Source of the DNA: Myxococcota bacterium
GTDB taxonomy: Bacteria; Myxococcota_A; Polyangia; Nannocystales; Nannocystaceae
Length of the DNA stretch: 64,000 nt
NCBI GenBank assembly: GCA_039194325.1
Contig: JBCCWC010000001.1
Coordinates: 207,206-271,205, forward strand
Reading direction: 5' to 3'
The stretch's first letter is position 1. The number at the start of each line of letters is the position of its first letter. A program made the position numbers and the translations under genes. Below, piece by piece: positions 1 through 9,507 of this stretch. The notes beneath the pieces were generated by a model, which worked only from the letters and a program-made list of their open reading frames with translations, was not told the DNA's origin and ran no database searches.

Positions 1-1
1 C

Positions 2-439
2 AACGGCTGGACGGCGATCGTATTCCGCGGCAGCGATGACTGGCGAGACTGGGTGCTCAACAACGTCCCGGGCGCCGTGCTGCCCGTGCCCCCGCCGCAG
101 TACGGGACGGGTCGCCAGTTCGCCAAGCAGCACGACGACAACTGCGTGCTGGTCGGGCACTCGCTGGGCGGAGGCATCGCGAGCTACGCGGCCGCGCAGA
201 ACGGCCAGCACGCCGCCACGATCTTTCCCGCCCCGATCAACCCAGTGTGGCTGACCTTCCCGCTCCCCGTGTGGCCGGCCAAGGGCACCACCGTCCAGAA
301 CTACGTGTGCTCGGGCGAGGTGCTCACCGTGGCGGCAGCGGCGTCCCTCAAGATGCGCCGCTACGGGACCGATGTCTGGGTCGAGTCGACCGGGGGCGGT
401 CCGATCGAGAAGCACGCGCTCACTGCGATCAAGACCTGA
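2..439 (+). CDS. Lipase class 3 / alpha-beta hydrolase (5'-partial)
   Basis: Frame is open from the window edge (NGWTAIVFRGSDDWRDWVLNN...). Contains the nucleophile elbow GHSLGG and a late His (EKH). Confidence 0.75.
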   Translation, partial: NGWTAIVFRGSDDWRDWVLNNVPGAVLPVPPPQYGTGRQFAKQHDDNCVLVGHSLGGGIASYAAAQNGQHAATIFPAPINPVWLTFPLPVWPAKGTTVQNYVCSGEVLTVAAAASLKMRRYGTDVWVESTGGGPIEKHALTAIKT

Positions 440-505
440 TCGACGACTCGGGCGCACCCGACCGGTCGGCTGCACCCCACCAACGACGGAGACACCCCGA
501 AGCGA

Positions 506-1330
506 TCAGCCCGCCGGGGCGTCGCCGGGCGTGTCACCTTCGCCCTGCGGCGTGAAGACCCGCGCTCGCTCGCTCTCGTTGAGCGCGTCGTTGAGGATCA
601 CCTCGACCTTCGCGGTCTCCCACTTGCCGTCTACGGTGGAGACCTGCACCCGGTACTGCCGGCCGTGGATCACCAGCCGCGCCTCCGAGTTGAACCAGCT
701 CCAGACGGTGACCCCCTCTTGGGGGTTGTCGAGCTTGGCCACGCCCGGCAAGGTCAAGCCCACCTTCTGGAGCGCCTGCTTGGGCGCAAACGTGCCCGCA
801 CCGGGGATCTTCTCGAACGCTACCGCCGTGGACTTGCCATCCTCGTAGGTCACCTGGACCACCCCGAACGTCTCGGTCTTGTCGGAGTAGCGCTGCCAGG
901 CGTGCTGGCACCGAAACCACGTGCGCTCCGGTAGGAAGCGCACGCACGACTTGCGCATGCCACCCTTTTGGTCGGGCAAGGGCGGGCCCAGCAGCGTCTC
1001 GACCTTGGTCGGAGGTTGGCCCAACAGCTCGACCAGGGGTAGCGCCTTGCCCTCGAGGACCCTCGCTAGAGGCTTGCCGTCGTCGTGCCGGGTCGGCACG
1101 GCCGGGATCTTCTTGCCCTGGCCCGATGGGTCGCCCCCCGGAGCCTTCGCGTCCGCCTTTGCCGGCGCCTTGGTCGGGGCGGTCTTGACCTGAGCGGTCT
1201 TGGCCGCGGCGCTTGGGTCCTTTGGATCGGCGCCTGGAGCCGCCGCGCTATAGGGGTCACCTGAGCAGGCGAGCACCAGAGCTCCCCAGACGATCAGCGG
1301 CCAGTGGCTCATGCGGCGGGCTCGCACCAT
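506..1330 (-). CDS. Hypothetical lipoprotein
   Basis: Signal peptide with lipobox VLAC, Ala/Pro/Lys linker, then a globular domain. Confidence 0.75.
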   Translation of the reverse strand: MVRARRMSHWPLIVWGALVLACSGDPYSAAAPGADPKDPSAAAKTAQVKTAPTKAPAKADAKAPGGDPSGQGKKIPAVPTRHDDGKPLARVLEGKALPLVELLGQPPTKVETLLGPPLPDQKGGMRKSCVRFLPERTWFRCQHAWQRYSDKTETFGVVQVTYEDGKSTAVAFEKIPGAGTFAPKQALQKVGLTLPGVAKLDNPQEGVTVWSWFNSEARLVIHGRQYRVQVSTVDGKWETAKVEVILNDALNESERARVFTPQGEGDTPGDAPAG

Positions 1331-1387
1331 GGCGCGCAGAGTACCGCGACGCCCGCGTCCGTCCCACGTGCTACCATTCGGACTCGC

Positions 1388-1469
<82 letters not shown>

Positions 1470-1555
1470 CTCGTGGTTGGCCTGGCCCGCTCTGGTCGTG
1501 GTGGTGAGCCCACCCGCGACGAAGCACCTGGACGAGGAGAGAGGCTCTGGGGCTG

Positions 1556-2707
1556 CTACCGCGGCACAACAGAGATCCCGAGCGTCTGCGACTGCTGCGA
1601 CCAGTCGGAGACGAAATCGACTAGCCAGGTGCAGCGCGCCAGCGTGAAGTTCAGCTCCTCGCTCATCGTCGCCGTGATCGTGAAGCCGGTCTCCAGCTGC
1701 GGGTCCTGGAGGTCGTCCGGATGACAGTCGTGGCCCAGTAGCGAGATCGAGCCCGAGGTTCCGCTGAGCCAGACCGTGACCGGGCTGGGCTCGTCTGTCG
1801 TGAAGCACACACCGGTCGGCGCGCTGACGACGTAGGAACCGAAGTGGCCGAGGGTACCGGCATCGCTGCAGTCCAAAGTGGCCTCTGCATCGAAACCGGC
1901 GCCCAGCGGTACCAGCTCATGACAAGGGGGGAGCGTGGTGTACCGCGTCTCCCAGGTCCCCTTGCGCCAGCGCTCATCGAGCTGCTCAAGTGACTCGCCC
2001 AGGTGAGCTTCGAAGAGATCGCTCAACGCACTGGGGTAGCCCGGATCGGAAAGCACCGTAAGTACCGGGGCCTGCCCGTACTCGTCCATCAGGAACGAGA
2101 GGAAGTGCGCCCCGTAGGCGTAACGCTCCACTCCGACTTCTTCGGGTGAGAGCTCAAGAAGCTCGAGCATGCTACGCGGCTCGAGGGTCGACACGCCGAT
2201 GCTCTGACCACGTGAAGGGCGTTCGTTGCCCAAGATCACCGCCAATCCCTCCTCGAGTATGGAGGGACCGCGGATACCATGAAGTTGGCGGATCGCATGG
2301 ACCAACTCGTGGACCTGCACCGCGTAGGAGGTGCTCATCCGAGTCTCGCAGCCGTAGCCCCGGACGCAGCCGCCTTCCAGGGAGCCCTGATCGTACTCGC
2401 ACGCCTCGATCGCGGCCGATACACCGTAGTCGACGATGAACGGAGCCTCGATCGGCAGCCCCATGAGGCCGACGAGGCGCTCGACTTCGGTATCGAGCAT
2501 GTCTAGAGTTCCCGCACAGACCGGGCCACCGGTGTGGTTGACGAGCCGCAGGTACCGGGTCTGGTAGTCGACCGTGATCCCGTCCTCGGTGCACATGGGC
2601 CAGGCATCGACCGGATGAGGGGAGTCGTCCCCCGAGGACATGGCCTCGGGGGACGCGCAGGCCGCCGCCAGTAGCATGACCGGAAGCCATGCCCGGACGG
2701 AGCTCAC
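1556..2707 (-). CDS. Lipoprotein with gluzincin-type zinc peptidase motif
   Basis: LLAAAC lipobox; HELVH followed by EEGLA. Start placed at GTG 2707. Confidence 0.7.
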   Translation of the reverse strand: MSSVRAWLPVMLLAAACASPEAMSSGDDSPHPVDAWPMCTEDGITVDYQTRYLRLVNHTGGPVCAGTLDMLDTEVERLVGLMGLPIEAPFIVDYGVSAAIEACEYDQGSLEGGCVRGYGCETRMSTSYAVQVHELVHAIRQLHGIRGPSILEEGLAVILGNERPSRGQSIGVSTLEPRSMLELLELSPEEVGVERYAYGAHFLSFLMDEYGQAPVLTVLSDPGYPSALSDLFEAHLGESLEQLDERWRKGTWETRYTTLPPCHELVPLGAGFDAEATLDCSDAGTLGHFGSYVVSAPTGVCFTTDEPSPVTVWLSGTSGSISLLGHDCHPDDLQDPQLETGFTITATMSEELNFTLARCTWLVDFVSDWSQQSQTLGISVVPR

Positions 2708-2920
2708 TGGCAAGACCTCAGATAGTTCATGGCAGTCGCGGTCCGACCGCTCGCGTCGACGGTCATCAGCAGCACGGCGTGGCTCCCGGCCGGGAGCACG
2801 GCCTCGACGGTGTCGCTGCTGCCGAGCGTGAACGGGGGAAGCCACCACTGATACGATACCGGTTCTTCAGTCGCCGCGAAGAAGACCACCGGCTCGTTGC
2901 AATCGAGCGACGCCTCCGTT
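2704..2920 (-). pseudogene. Possible 3' remnant of a PKD/Ig-like domain gene
   Basis: SYQWW...VLPAGSHAVLLMTVDASG resembles a PKD C-terminal strand pattern. Its stop overlaps the next start (GTGA), and its 5' part runs into the opposite-strand GNAT gene. Confidence 0.35.
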
Positions 2921-2953
2921 TGTTTAATGCAATGGTCCGGTCGGGACCCCCGC

Positions 2954-3739
2954 ATGACCAGGTTGGAGACGAAGGCATTCCTCGACCGGCTCGACCGCGA
3001 GCGCAAAGCCATGGGCACCCCGTCCGAGGCCGGAATCCGGACCGACTTCTCACACGACCGCACTGGCTGCGCCGTGGTCTACGGTAGTTGCTCCGTGGGC
3101 CGGATCGATGCCGTGATCCGCAAGGAGGTGGCTCGTGCCGACGCTCAGGGGTACGCGATAGACTGGAAGGTCTACGGGCACGACCAACCGAATGACCTCC
3201 GGGAACGGCTCATGGCTGCGGGTTTCGAGCCAGAGCCGGAGGAACAGGTACTCGTGCTGGCATTGGATCCCGATGCACTGGTCCAGTTCCCGGAGTCCGC
3301 GGTGGTGGTCGAGCAAGTCGTGGGGCGTACCGGCCTGGACGACGTAGCCGAGATCTCACGCGAGATCGGACGAACCCATGTGGAGCAAGAAAGGGAGGGC
3401 TTCGCGAGGCTCATGGCGACCCGACCCGACCATATGACCATCTTCATCGCCCGTGTGGACGACGTTCCAGCCGCTTGCGGACGCATCTACTTCTACGACG
3501 CGGGCGGATTCGCCGAGCTGTGTGGCGGCCGCACCAAGACGACGTTTCGGAACCGCGGGCTATACCTTGCCATCGTTCGCGCCCGGCTGGCCGAGGCCCT
3601 GCGGCGAGGTTACTCCTATGTCCCAGTAGATGCCCTGCCCACGTCGGAGCCACTGCTCCGCAAGCGAGGCTTCGAGCAGGTCACCTGGACCCAGCCGCTA
3701 GTCTACCGACCCGCCAAGGCCAGCTCGATCGACCCATGA
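2954..3739 (+). CDS. GNAT family N-acetyltransferase
   Basis: C-terminal GGRTKTTFRNRGLY acetyl-CoA-binding motif and LRKRGF. Confidence 0.85.
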   Translation: MTRLETKAFLDRLDRERKAMGTPSEAGIRTDFSHDRTGCAVVYGSCSVGRIDAVIRKEVARADAQGYAIDWKVYGHDQPNDLRERLMAAGFEPEPEEQVLVLALDPDALVQFPESAVVVEQVVGRTGLDDVAEISREIGRTHVEQEREGFARLMATRPDHMTIFIARVDDVPAACGRIYFYDAGGFAELCGGRTKTTFRNRGLYLAIVRARLAEALRRGYSYVPVDALPTSEPLLRKRGFEQVTWTQPLVYRPAKASSIDP

Positions 3740-3815
3740 ACCAGCATCGACCCACCTGACGGAGAATCACCGCTAGACGACGCTCTCCCGACCACGCTGT
3801 CGGCGACGGGCTGCC

Positions 3816-4553
3816 TCAGCGTCCCCCCGCGAGCGTTCCAACATCTCGCAGCGGCACCCCAGCCCGATGAAGCTCCAGGTCCAGGCTGAACAGGTGCTCG
3901 TCGACCGTGAACACCAGGCGGTATCCATCGGTGTCTACACGGGTCAGCAGCCCCTGGCTGCTCACGTGCACGCGACGACGTGGCGTGCGTCGCCACCAGT
4001 CGTGCTGTCGACTATGCACCGTCAGCTCGTGCTCCAAGGTCAGCGGCGGCGGGGCCTTCTTGCGGCGCGACACCTCGGCCACCCGGGGGGTCGCGTGCAG
4101 CACCAGGTCCACCTCGAGATCGCCGCCATCGAGCCGAAGCGTCTGATCCACGGTAGCGTTCATCCCCAGCAGCGTGGTCACCACCGGCTGCGAGAGCAGC
4201 TTGCTCTGCGCGTCGACGTCGGGATCGGGCGCCCCGACCGGCTGCTCGTTGTCTGGATGCAGCCGCAAGGTCGCGCGGAGCTGGACCGCCTGCGGGTTGG
4301 CCAGCTCAGCCGAGAACTCCTGGGGCGGCGCATCACCCACCAGTTGGGCCACGTCGCCCTTGCCCACCCGAACCTCCGGCGGCGGCGAGAAATCGACCGC
4401 CTCGGTCACCACCAGCACTGCGCCAGCGGCCAGCGCCAGGTAGGCATTGCGCCGCAACCATCCCAGACTACGCCCTAGCCAGGCGGCAGCGGCCGACGCA
4501 CGCGTAGGATCTTCGACGCTATCGTCCACCGCGCGTGAGGGCTCTTCGGGCAC
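3816..4553 (-). CDS. Hypothetical membrane-anchored protein
   Basis: One N-terminal hydrophobic segment; host-like codon use; start uncertain. Confidence 0.65.
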   Translation of the reverse strand: MPEEPSRAVDDSVEDPTRASAAAAWLGRSLGWLRRNAYLALAAGAVLVVTEAVDFSPPPEVRVGKGDVAQLVGDAPPQEFSAELANPQAVQLRATLRLHPDNEQPVGAPDPDVDAQSKLLSQPVVTTLLGMNATVDQTLRLDGGDLEVDLVLHATPRVAEVSRRKKAPPPLTLEHELTVHSRQHDWWRRTPRRRVHVSSQGLLTRVDTDGYRLVFTVDEHLFSLDLELHRAGVPLRDVGTLAGGR

Positions 4554-4655
4554 CCGCCGACGCTGGCACGCCGGCTCCGGTACCGCAAAAAATCGACGAA
4601 ACCGCTCGACCTCGCCGCTCGACCTACCGCCGCTCGACCTACCGCCACTCGCCGC

Positions 4656-5246
4656 TCACAGCCGCTCGATGACCACCTCGTAGACCCGGCTGCACAGCGC
4701 GGTCTGCTGGGTCCACTCAACCTCGACCAGAGGACACTCGGACGAGACCGTGAATTCCAGCTCGTCGACGAACAGCCCGTCGTAGGCGACCGACTCCTGC
4801 GCCAGGATCTCCCCGGACTCCAGGCGCACCGCGACCAGGTAATCGATCATCCCGCTAGCTCCGCCATTGATCGTCAGCCGATACGCCCCAGCCGGCAGAC
4901 GCTCGAGCGGCCCCGCCACGGCCAGGCACGGCTCGCACCCGCACCAATCGGTGTCGCACGACTCGCCGCACTCGTGCGTGAAGCGAGGATCGTTGCCCTC
5001 CAGGACCAGTGGATCCGCGAGGTTCGTCTCTGGGCAGTTGCCTGACTCACCCCCAGCCGAGGACTCGGCATCCACCGAGCCGTTCGTCGTGCCCCCCACG
5101 GTACTACTGTGCACGGCGCCATCGGTGCCCTCGCCGCTCGACGTCCGAGTCACCTCCGTGAAGATCGTCCCGTCCACGGAGCCGCACGCGACCAGGCCCC
5201 CCAGGCTCGCCAGCCATAGCCAGCGCCCCGTGGGAGGCCTGATCAC
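4656..5246 (-). CDS. Hypothetical Cys-rich lipoprotein
   Basis: LVAC lipobox, Ser/Thr/Gly linker, Cys cluster; directly follows the FecR-type gene. Confidence 0.65.
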   Translation of the reverse strand: MIRPPTGRWLWLASLGGLVACGSVDGTIFTEVTRTSSGEGTDGAVHSSTVGGTTNGSVDAESSAGGESGNCPETNLADPLVLEGNDPRFTHECGESCDTDWCGCEPCLAVAGPLERLPAGAYRLTINGGASGMIDYLVAVRLESGEILAQESVAYDGLFVDELEFTVSSECPLVEVEWTQQTALCSRVYEVVIERL

Positions 5247-5250
5247 GTGC

Positions 5251-6393
5251 TCAATGGTCACCCGCAACGAGAACACGATGAACCTTGTCGACCCGCGGCC
5301 CCTGAGGGTAGCGCGACACGTAGTCACGAGCGAGGCGCTGGGCACGAGCTTCGTCACCGGCCGCCGCCCAAGCCTCGACCTCGCGGGCGAGCGCATGCTC
5401 CACCAACGAGGTCTCGCCCATCTCGCGCACGCGAGCAAAGTGCTTGGCGGCCTTGCGGTAGCGACCCCGACCAAACTCGATCCGCCCGATCGTAAAGGCG
5501 GCGAGCGGCGCTCGCGAGTCGGCGGGGTGCTCCTCCACGACACGCCGCAAGTAGGGGAGCGCGGCCGCGGGATGCCCCGCCTTGCGAGCCACGTCGGCCG
5601 CGAGCATCAGCTCCTCGGCGCGGTTGGCCACCGCCTCACCCGCCCGCAGTGCCTCGTAGGCCGCGGTCGCCTCCCCCTTGCGCGCGAGCCGGCGCCAGCG
5701 AGCACCCGAGCTCGACGCCGGGGCTCGTCGCTCGGGTGAAGGCTCGGCCGCCACCGGAGGAAACACGCCCGACTCTCCGCGCCGCAGGAGCGAAGAACCA
5801 CCGGGCCACGACACCGAGACCCGACCTCGGATCACCTCGACGGTCACTCGACCATCCTGCCGAAGACAGTGGAATTCCGTCCCCAGCACATCGACGGTCA
5901 CCAGCCCCATCTCCACTCGAAACTGACGATCTAGCCGCGGTGTCACATCGAAGCGCGCCCCTCCGCGTCTCAGCTCGACCCGGGTCAGATCCGCTCCGGC
6001 CTCGGCGATCACCAAGTCGCTCCCTTCGTCGTCCGGTATGACCGCGCTCCCGTCCCGGAACTGCAGCGGGGTCACCACCGGCGCCGTTCGGGGAGGTGTC
6101 GAGGGACTCGACTGCAACGGATCTGCGACCTGCGGCCGAGCGTCGACGATCGGGCCGTCCGGCGAGGGATCGAGCGAAAGCACGGGCACCGCCGCGTCGC
6201 CGCCGCTCCGCCACACACCGCTCCACCACACCAGGATCAGGGCCGCCGCCGCCATGGTCACCGCCGAGATCGCGATCCACCGGACCGCACGCGGGCGCTC
6301 GGCTTGCTGCAATCGCCGAAGCACCGCGTCCTCTCGCTGTGCGGTCCAGTCCGGGGTCGTCAAGGCCCGCAGGCGATCGGGATCGAGCATCAT
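5251..6393 (-). CDS. FecR-domain anti-sigma factor with C-terminal TPR-like region
   Basis: TM helix, FecR motifs (FRDGS...GGARFDV...VDVLGTEF...VIRGRVSV), TPR-like tail. ATG overlaps the sigma gene stop (ATGA). Confidence 0.85.
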   Translation of the reverse strand: MMLDPDRLRALTTPDWTAQREDAVLRRLQQAERPRAVRWIAISAVTMAAAALILVWWSGVWRSGGDAAVPVLSLDPSPDGPIVDARPQVADPLQSSPSTPPRTAPVVTPLQFRDGSAVIPDDEGSDLVIAEAGADLTRVELRRGGARFDVTPRLDRQFRVEMGLVTVDVLGTEFHCLRQDGRVTVEVIRGRVSVSWPGGSSLLRRGESGVFPPVAAEPSPERRAPASSSGARWRRLARKGEATAAYEALRAGEAVANRAEELMLAADVARKAGHPAAALPYLRRVVEEHPADSRAPLAAFTIGRIEFGRGRYRKAAKHFARVREMGETSLVEHALAREVEAWAAAGDEARAQRLARDYVSRYPQGPRVDKVHRVLVAGDH

Positions 6394-6968
6394 CGAGCAA
6401 CCTCCCCGAGCGTGCGATCGGCGGCCGAGATCCTCCGCTTCGCCGTCGCCAGCGAGCAGCCACACATCTGCGCCACCGCGTCGAGCTGCGCCCCGTGAAT
6501 GCGACGCAGGATCCACGCGATCCGCTCCTCGGTGCGCAGTGTCGAGAGCCGCGAGTATGCACCGTGCACATAGTCGTAGTCGTCGGGGGACAGCGACGAC
6601 GTGGGCACATGATCGGCCTCGACGGCTCCGAGCCCGACCAGCCGCCGGAACCGGGCTCGGTGCAGCGCGCGGCGGGTCACCCGAACGGTGATCGTGCCCA
6701 ACCAGCCCTCGATCGCCCGCGGGTCGCGGAGCTTGGGCAGCGAGCGGCGAGCCTGTAGGAAGGTGTCGTGCACGATGTCGTCGACGTCGTCGGGCTTGCC
6801 GAGCAGGCGTAGGGCGATGGTGGCCACGTACCGGGCGTAACGCCGATAGACGGCCTCGAAGGAGGGAATGCGTGGCTCGACCGGCTCGACCGGCTCGACC
6901 GGCTCGACCGGCTCGCTCTCGTGGATGATGCGCAGCGTCGCGCTGCGGGCCTGGCTGCTCGTTGCCGT
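6390..6968 (-). CDS. ECF RNA polymerase sigma-70 factor (start probably non-canonical ACG)
   Basis: Region 2 (FEAVYRRY...DDVDDIVHDTFL...WL) and region 4 (VAQMCGCSLATAKRRI). The frame is open upstream of GTG 6827 up to the stop at 7020. Confidence 0.88.
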   Translation of the reverse strand, partial: TATSSQARSATLRIIHESEPVEPVEPVEPVEPRIPSFEAVYRRYARYVATIALRLLGKPDDVDDIVHDTFLQARRSLPKLRDPRAIEGWLGTITVRVTRRALHRARFRRLVGLGAVEADHVPTSSLSPDDYDYVHGAYSRLSTLRTEERIAWILRRIHGAQLDAVAQMCGCSLATAKRRISAADRTLGEVAR

Positions 6969-7019
6969 AGGTGCGTCGTCCTCTCGCCCAGTAGGTTGCC
7001 ACCCGAGGGCAAAAACGGC

Positions 7020-7931
7020 TCATCGCCCCAGCCGAATACCCCCGCCCAAACTCACACCGAACCACGGGCCACCTGAGGTGAACACCAGATCATCCCCCGA
7101 GAACCCGCGGATCTCCCGCAATGTCCAGCCCGCATCGAGATGGGTCGCGATCACGCCTCGCTGCCCGATCGGCCCCACCACCCCGAACGAGACCAACGGC
7201 GACCACGTGAGGCCGCGATGGCGACCACCGAGCACATCGGAGCGCCCGGGAATTCCGCGGATCCACCGCTCGCCGACCCGAGCCCCCGCGCCGATCTCGA
7301 GCATGACCGCACCTACATCGAAGGTCGCCAGCGCAGCCCCGGCGCCTCCGACGAAGCCGAGACGAACGAGATCGGCACCGATCCGGCGCGCACCCCCCAG
7401 ACCCATGAGCTCGGCCCGCAGACTCAGCCAACGCCAGATCCGCCCCCCGACCACAACGCCGCCCCCTCCGGCAGGTAGCCCCGGCTGGCCACCGAGCTCG
7501 AACCGTGGGCCCACCGTGACCCAACCCGAAGGCCACATTGGCGCGGCCGATGCTTCCTCGGCGGGATCGCTCGCCCTCGCGGGAGCATTCGCAGAAGACG
7601 GACTGGCCGGCGACTCGGGGGCACTTGCCGGATCCATCGAGCTCTCGACCAGCTCCGCGAGCTCGACCGCGAGATAGCGCTCGGGTGCGTCTCCCACCGC
7701 GGCCGTCCGTAGTGAGCGCTGCACCGGCGCTCGCCCGTCCTCGGCATGAACGGTGACCACAAAGACCTCGGGCTCACATCGGATCGTCGCCGTGCGAGCA
7801 CTGATCGGCCGCGACAGCTCGAGCGCGGTCAGCTCCCGCAGCGCCTGCTCATCGAGCCCCGGGCAGTCTTCCAGCCGCAACCATGGATCCGGAGCCACGA
7901 TCAGCAACGCCAGGACCGCCCCCTTCACCAC
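7020..7931 (-). CDS. Hypothetical exported protein, C-terminal beta-strand-rich (possible outer-membrane barrel)
   Basis: Signal-like N-terminus, Pro/Ala linker, amphipathic Gly-rich strands. Confidence 0.65.
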   Translation of the reverse strand: MVKGAVLALLIVAPDPWLRLEDCPGLDEQALRELTALELSRPISARTATIRCEPEVFVVTVHAEDGRAPVQRSLRTAAVGDAPERYLAVELAELVESSMDPASAPESPASPSSANAPARASDPAEEASAAPMWPSGWVTVGPRFELGGQPGLPAGGGGVVVGGRIWRWLSLRAELMGLGGARRIGADLVRLGFVGGAGAALATFDVGAVMLEIGAGARVGERWIRGIPGRSDVLGGRHRGLTWSPLVSFGVVGPIGQRGVIATHLDAGWTLREIRGFSGDDLVFTSGGPWFGVSLGGGIRLGR

Positions 7932-7985
7932 GCTCGCCAGGGTGAACGACCGGTGCCACCGTCGTCAATGGCCCCGGAACGTCCA

Positions 7986-9281
7986 CTACCGGCTCGCCAG
8001 GTAGTCACACATCGGACCGGCTGCTCCGGGGACGAGCTCTTGGGGCCGTAGATCGAAATCACCGAACTCGAAGCTCGCCAACCACTGCGCCCGCGCTTCG
8101 CCCCGTAGCTCGAACCAGTGGTCGACCCACTCCGAGCGCGTAGGCTCGATGGCCTCCAGCGCCACCGCCATCTGCGGATCGTCTCGGGCGATCTGGTCGA
8201 TCACGCGGAAGATCACCACATCGATGAGGCCAGTGCTGCCCTGGTTCCAGCCGAACTGCTCGTAGTCGCTGCCGGTGAGCGCATCGAACACGGGGCCGTC
8301 CAGCTGGAAATCGTTGGCACCATCCAGGCCCAGCTGGCGCATGATGTTGTAGGCCGAAGCGGTCCCGCACCAAAAACCCTCCACGAGATCGTAGCGACGT
8401 GTCGACCAGCCGCTGGCCTGACTCATACGAGTGACGAGCCCATCGGCCTGAGCCACGACCAGCTCGAAGTTGAACGAGGTGTTGGCGTAGCCGTACGCGC
8501 GGCTGGGAAGGTAGAACGTGCGGTTGTTGGCGACCTCGTGGACCCCGGGGAGCTGCAGGTGGTGATAGCGATCGGTCTGCGCCTGCGTGTCCATCAGCTC
8601 CAGCAAGACCGAGGCCTGCGCGGTAGTCAGATCGTTCTCGTCGGCTCCGAACGCCCCGGGCCAGTCCGGATAGTTGCCCCAGATCGGGCGAACCGGGCTC
8701 CCGTGACACCCCTGGCAGCTCTCGTCGCTCGCCCCGAGTGCGGGCGGATCCTGGCCAAAGTCTAGCGCTCGGAAGATCCACTGGCCGGTCTCGGCGTCGA
8801 GCTCGGCCATCTCGATCACCTCGTATAGGGGATCCTCGGGCACGCCCCCGGCCGACATCAAGAAGCGAGCATCGAGACCATACATGATGAGGCGAGGGTG
8901 CTCGAGGTCGGCCATGTGCCGCGAGCGCGTGTCCTCCATCAGCACGTAGCTGCCGCCCATCGAGCCGGGCAGCGCGCTGAGCAGATCGCGTACGTTGTCG
9001 ATCTCGTTGTCGATGACGTGCTGGTAGATCCCCTTGACGGTGAGCAGCTCGTAAGTCTGACCATCGTCGTCTCCTTGCGGGTCTCCGTCTCCGTCTCCGT
9101 CTCCGTCTCCGTCCTCGTCCGCGTCCGCGTCTTCGTCCCCGGGCTCGTCCTCGTCGTCGACGACACCATCACCGTCGATGTCGCTACCGGCGGACAAAGC
9201 CCCCATAATCTCCTCCGGCCCCTCGGAGCACCCGGCCACCACAGCCAGCATGAGCATCCCCGTCGTCGTTCGCTTCAGCAT
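7986..9281 (-). CDS. Lipoprotein with single CxxCH heme-c motif
   Basis: SD AGGAG; VAGC lipobox; acidic DG-repeat linker; CQGCH followed by RPIWGNYPDWPG. Confidence 0.75.
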   Translation of the reverse strand: MLKRTTTGMLMLAVVAGCSEGPEEIMGALSAGSDIDGDGVVDDEDEPGDEDADADEDGDGDGDGDGDPQGDDDGQTYELLTVKGIYQHVIDNEIDNVRDLLSALPGSMGGSYVLMEDTRSRHMADLEHPRLIMYGLDARFLMSAGGVPEDPLYEVIEMAELDAETGQWIFRALDFGQDPPALGASDESCQGCHGSPVRPIWGNYPDWPGAFGADENDLTTAQASVLLELMDTQAQTDRYHHLQLPGVHEVANNRTFYLPSRAYGYANTSFNFELVVAQADGLVTRMSQASGWSTRRYDLVEGFWCGTASAYNIMRQLGLDGANDFQLDGPVFDALTGSDYEQFGWNQGSTGLIDVVIFRVIDQIARDDPQMAVALEAIEPTRSEWVDHWFELRGEARAQWLASFEFGDFDLRPQELVPGAAGPMCDYLASR

Positions 9282-9440
9282 GATCCGGTCTCCTGGATAT
9301 GAGGTGACCGCGATCCCCTCGATTCGGCTCACGCGTTCCGCCCCAAAGCGTCCGGCTCGGTCCCATGCTCGACCCTGTGCGTGATTTGGAGATCTCTTGG
9401 TGACGGCGGCCACCGAATGTGGGCGACATCCTCTGTTGGA

Positions 9441-9498
9441 GCGCGACACCGACCCTGCGCGCCACTGATTCTGCGCGACACCGATTCTGCGCGTCGCC
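9441..9498. repeat. 16-bp degenerate tandem repeat (GCGCGACACCGATTCT, ~3.5 copies)
   Basis: Read directly in the intergenic sequence. Confidence 0.7.
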
Positions 9499-9507
9499 CT
9501 GTGGCTG

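Noticed and set aside
6394..7065. 604-aa FecR ORF as one protein
   Set aside because: Its first ~220 aa are an off-frame reading of the ECF gene; the real start is the coupled ATG at 6393.
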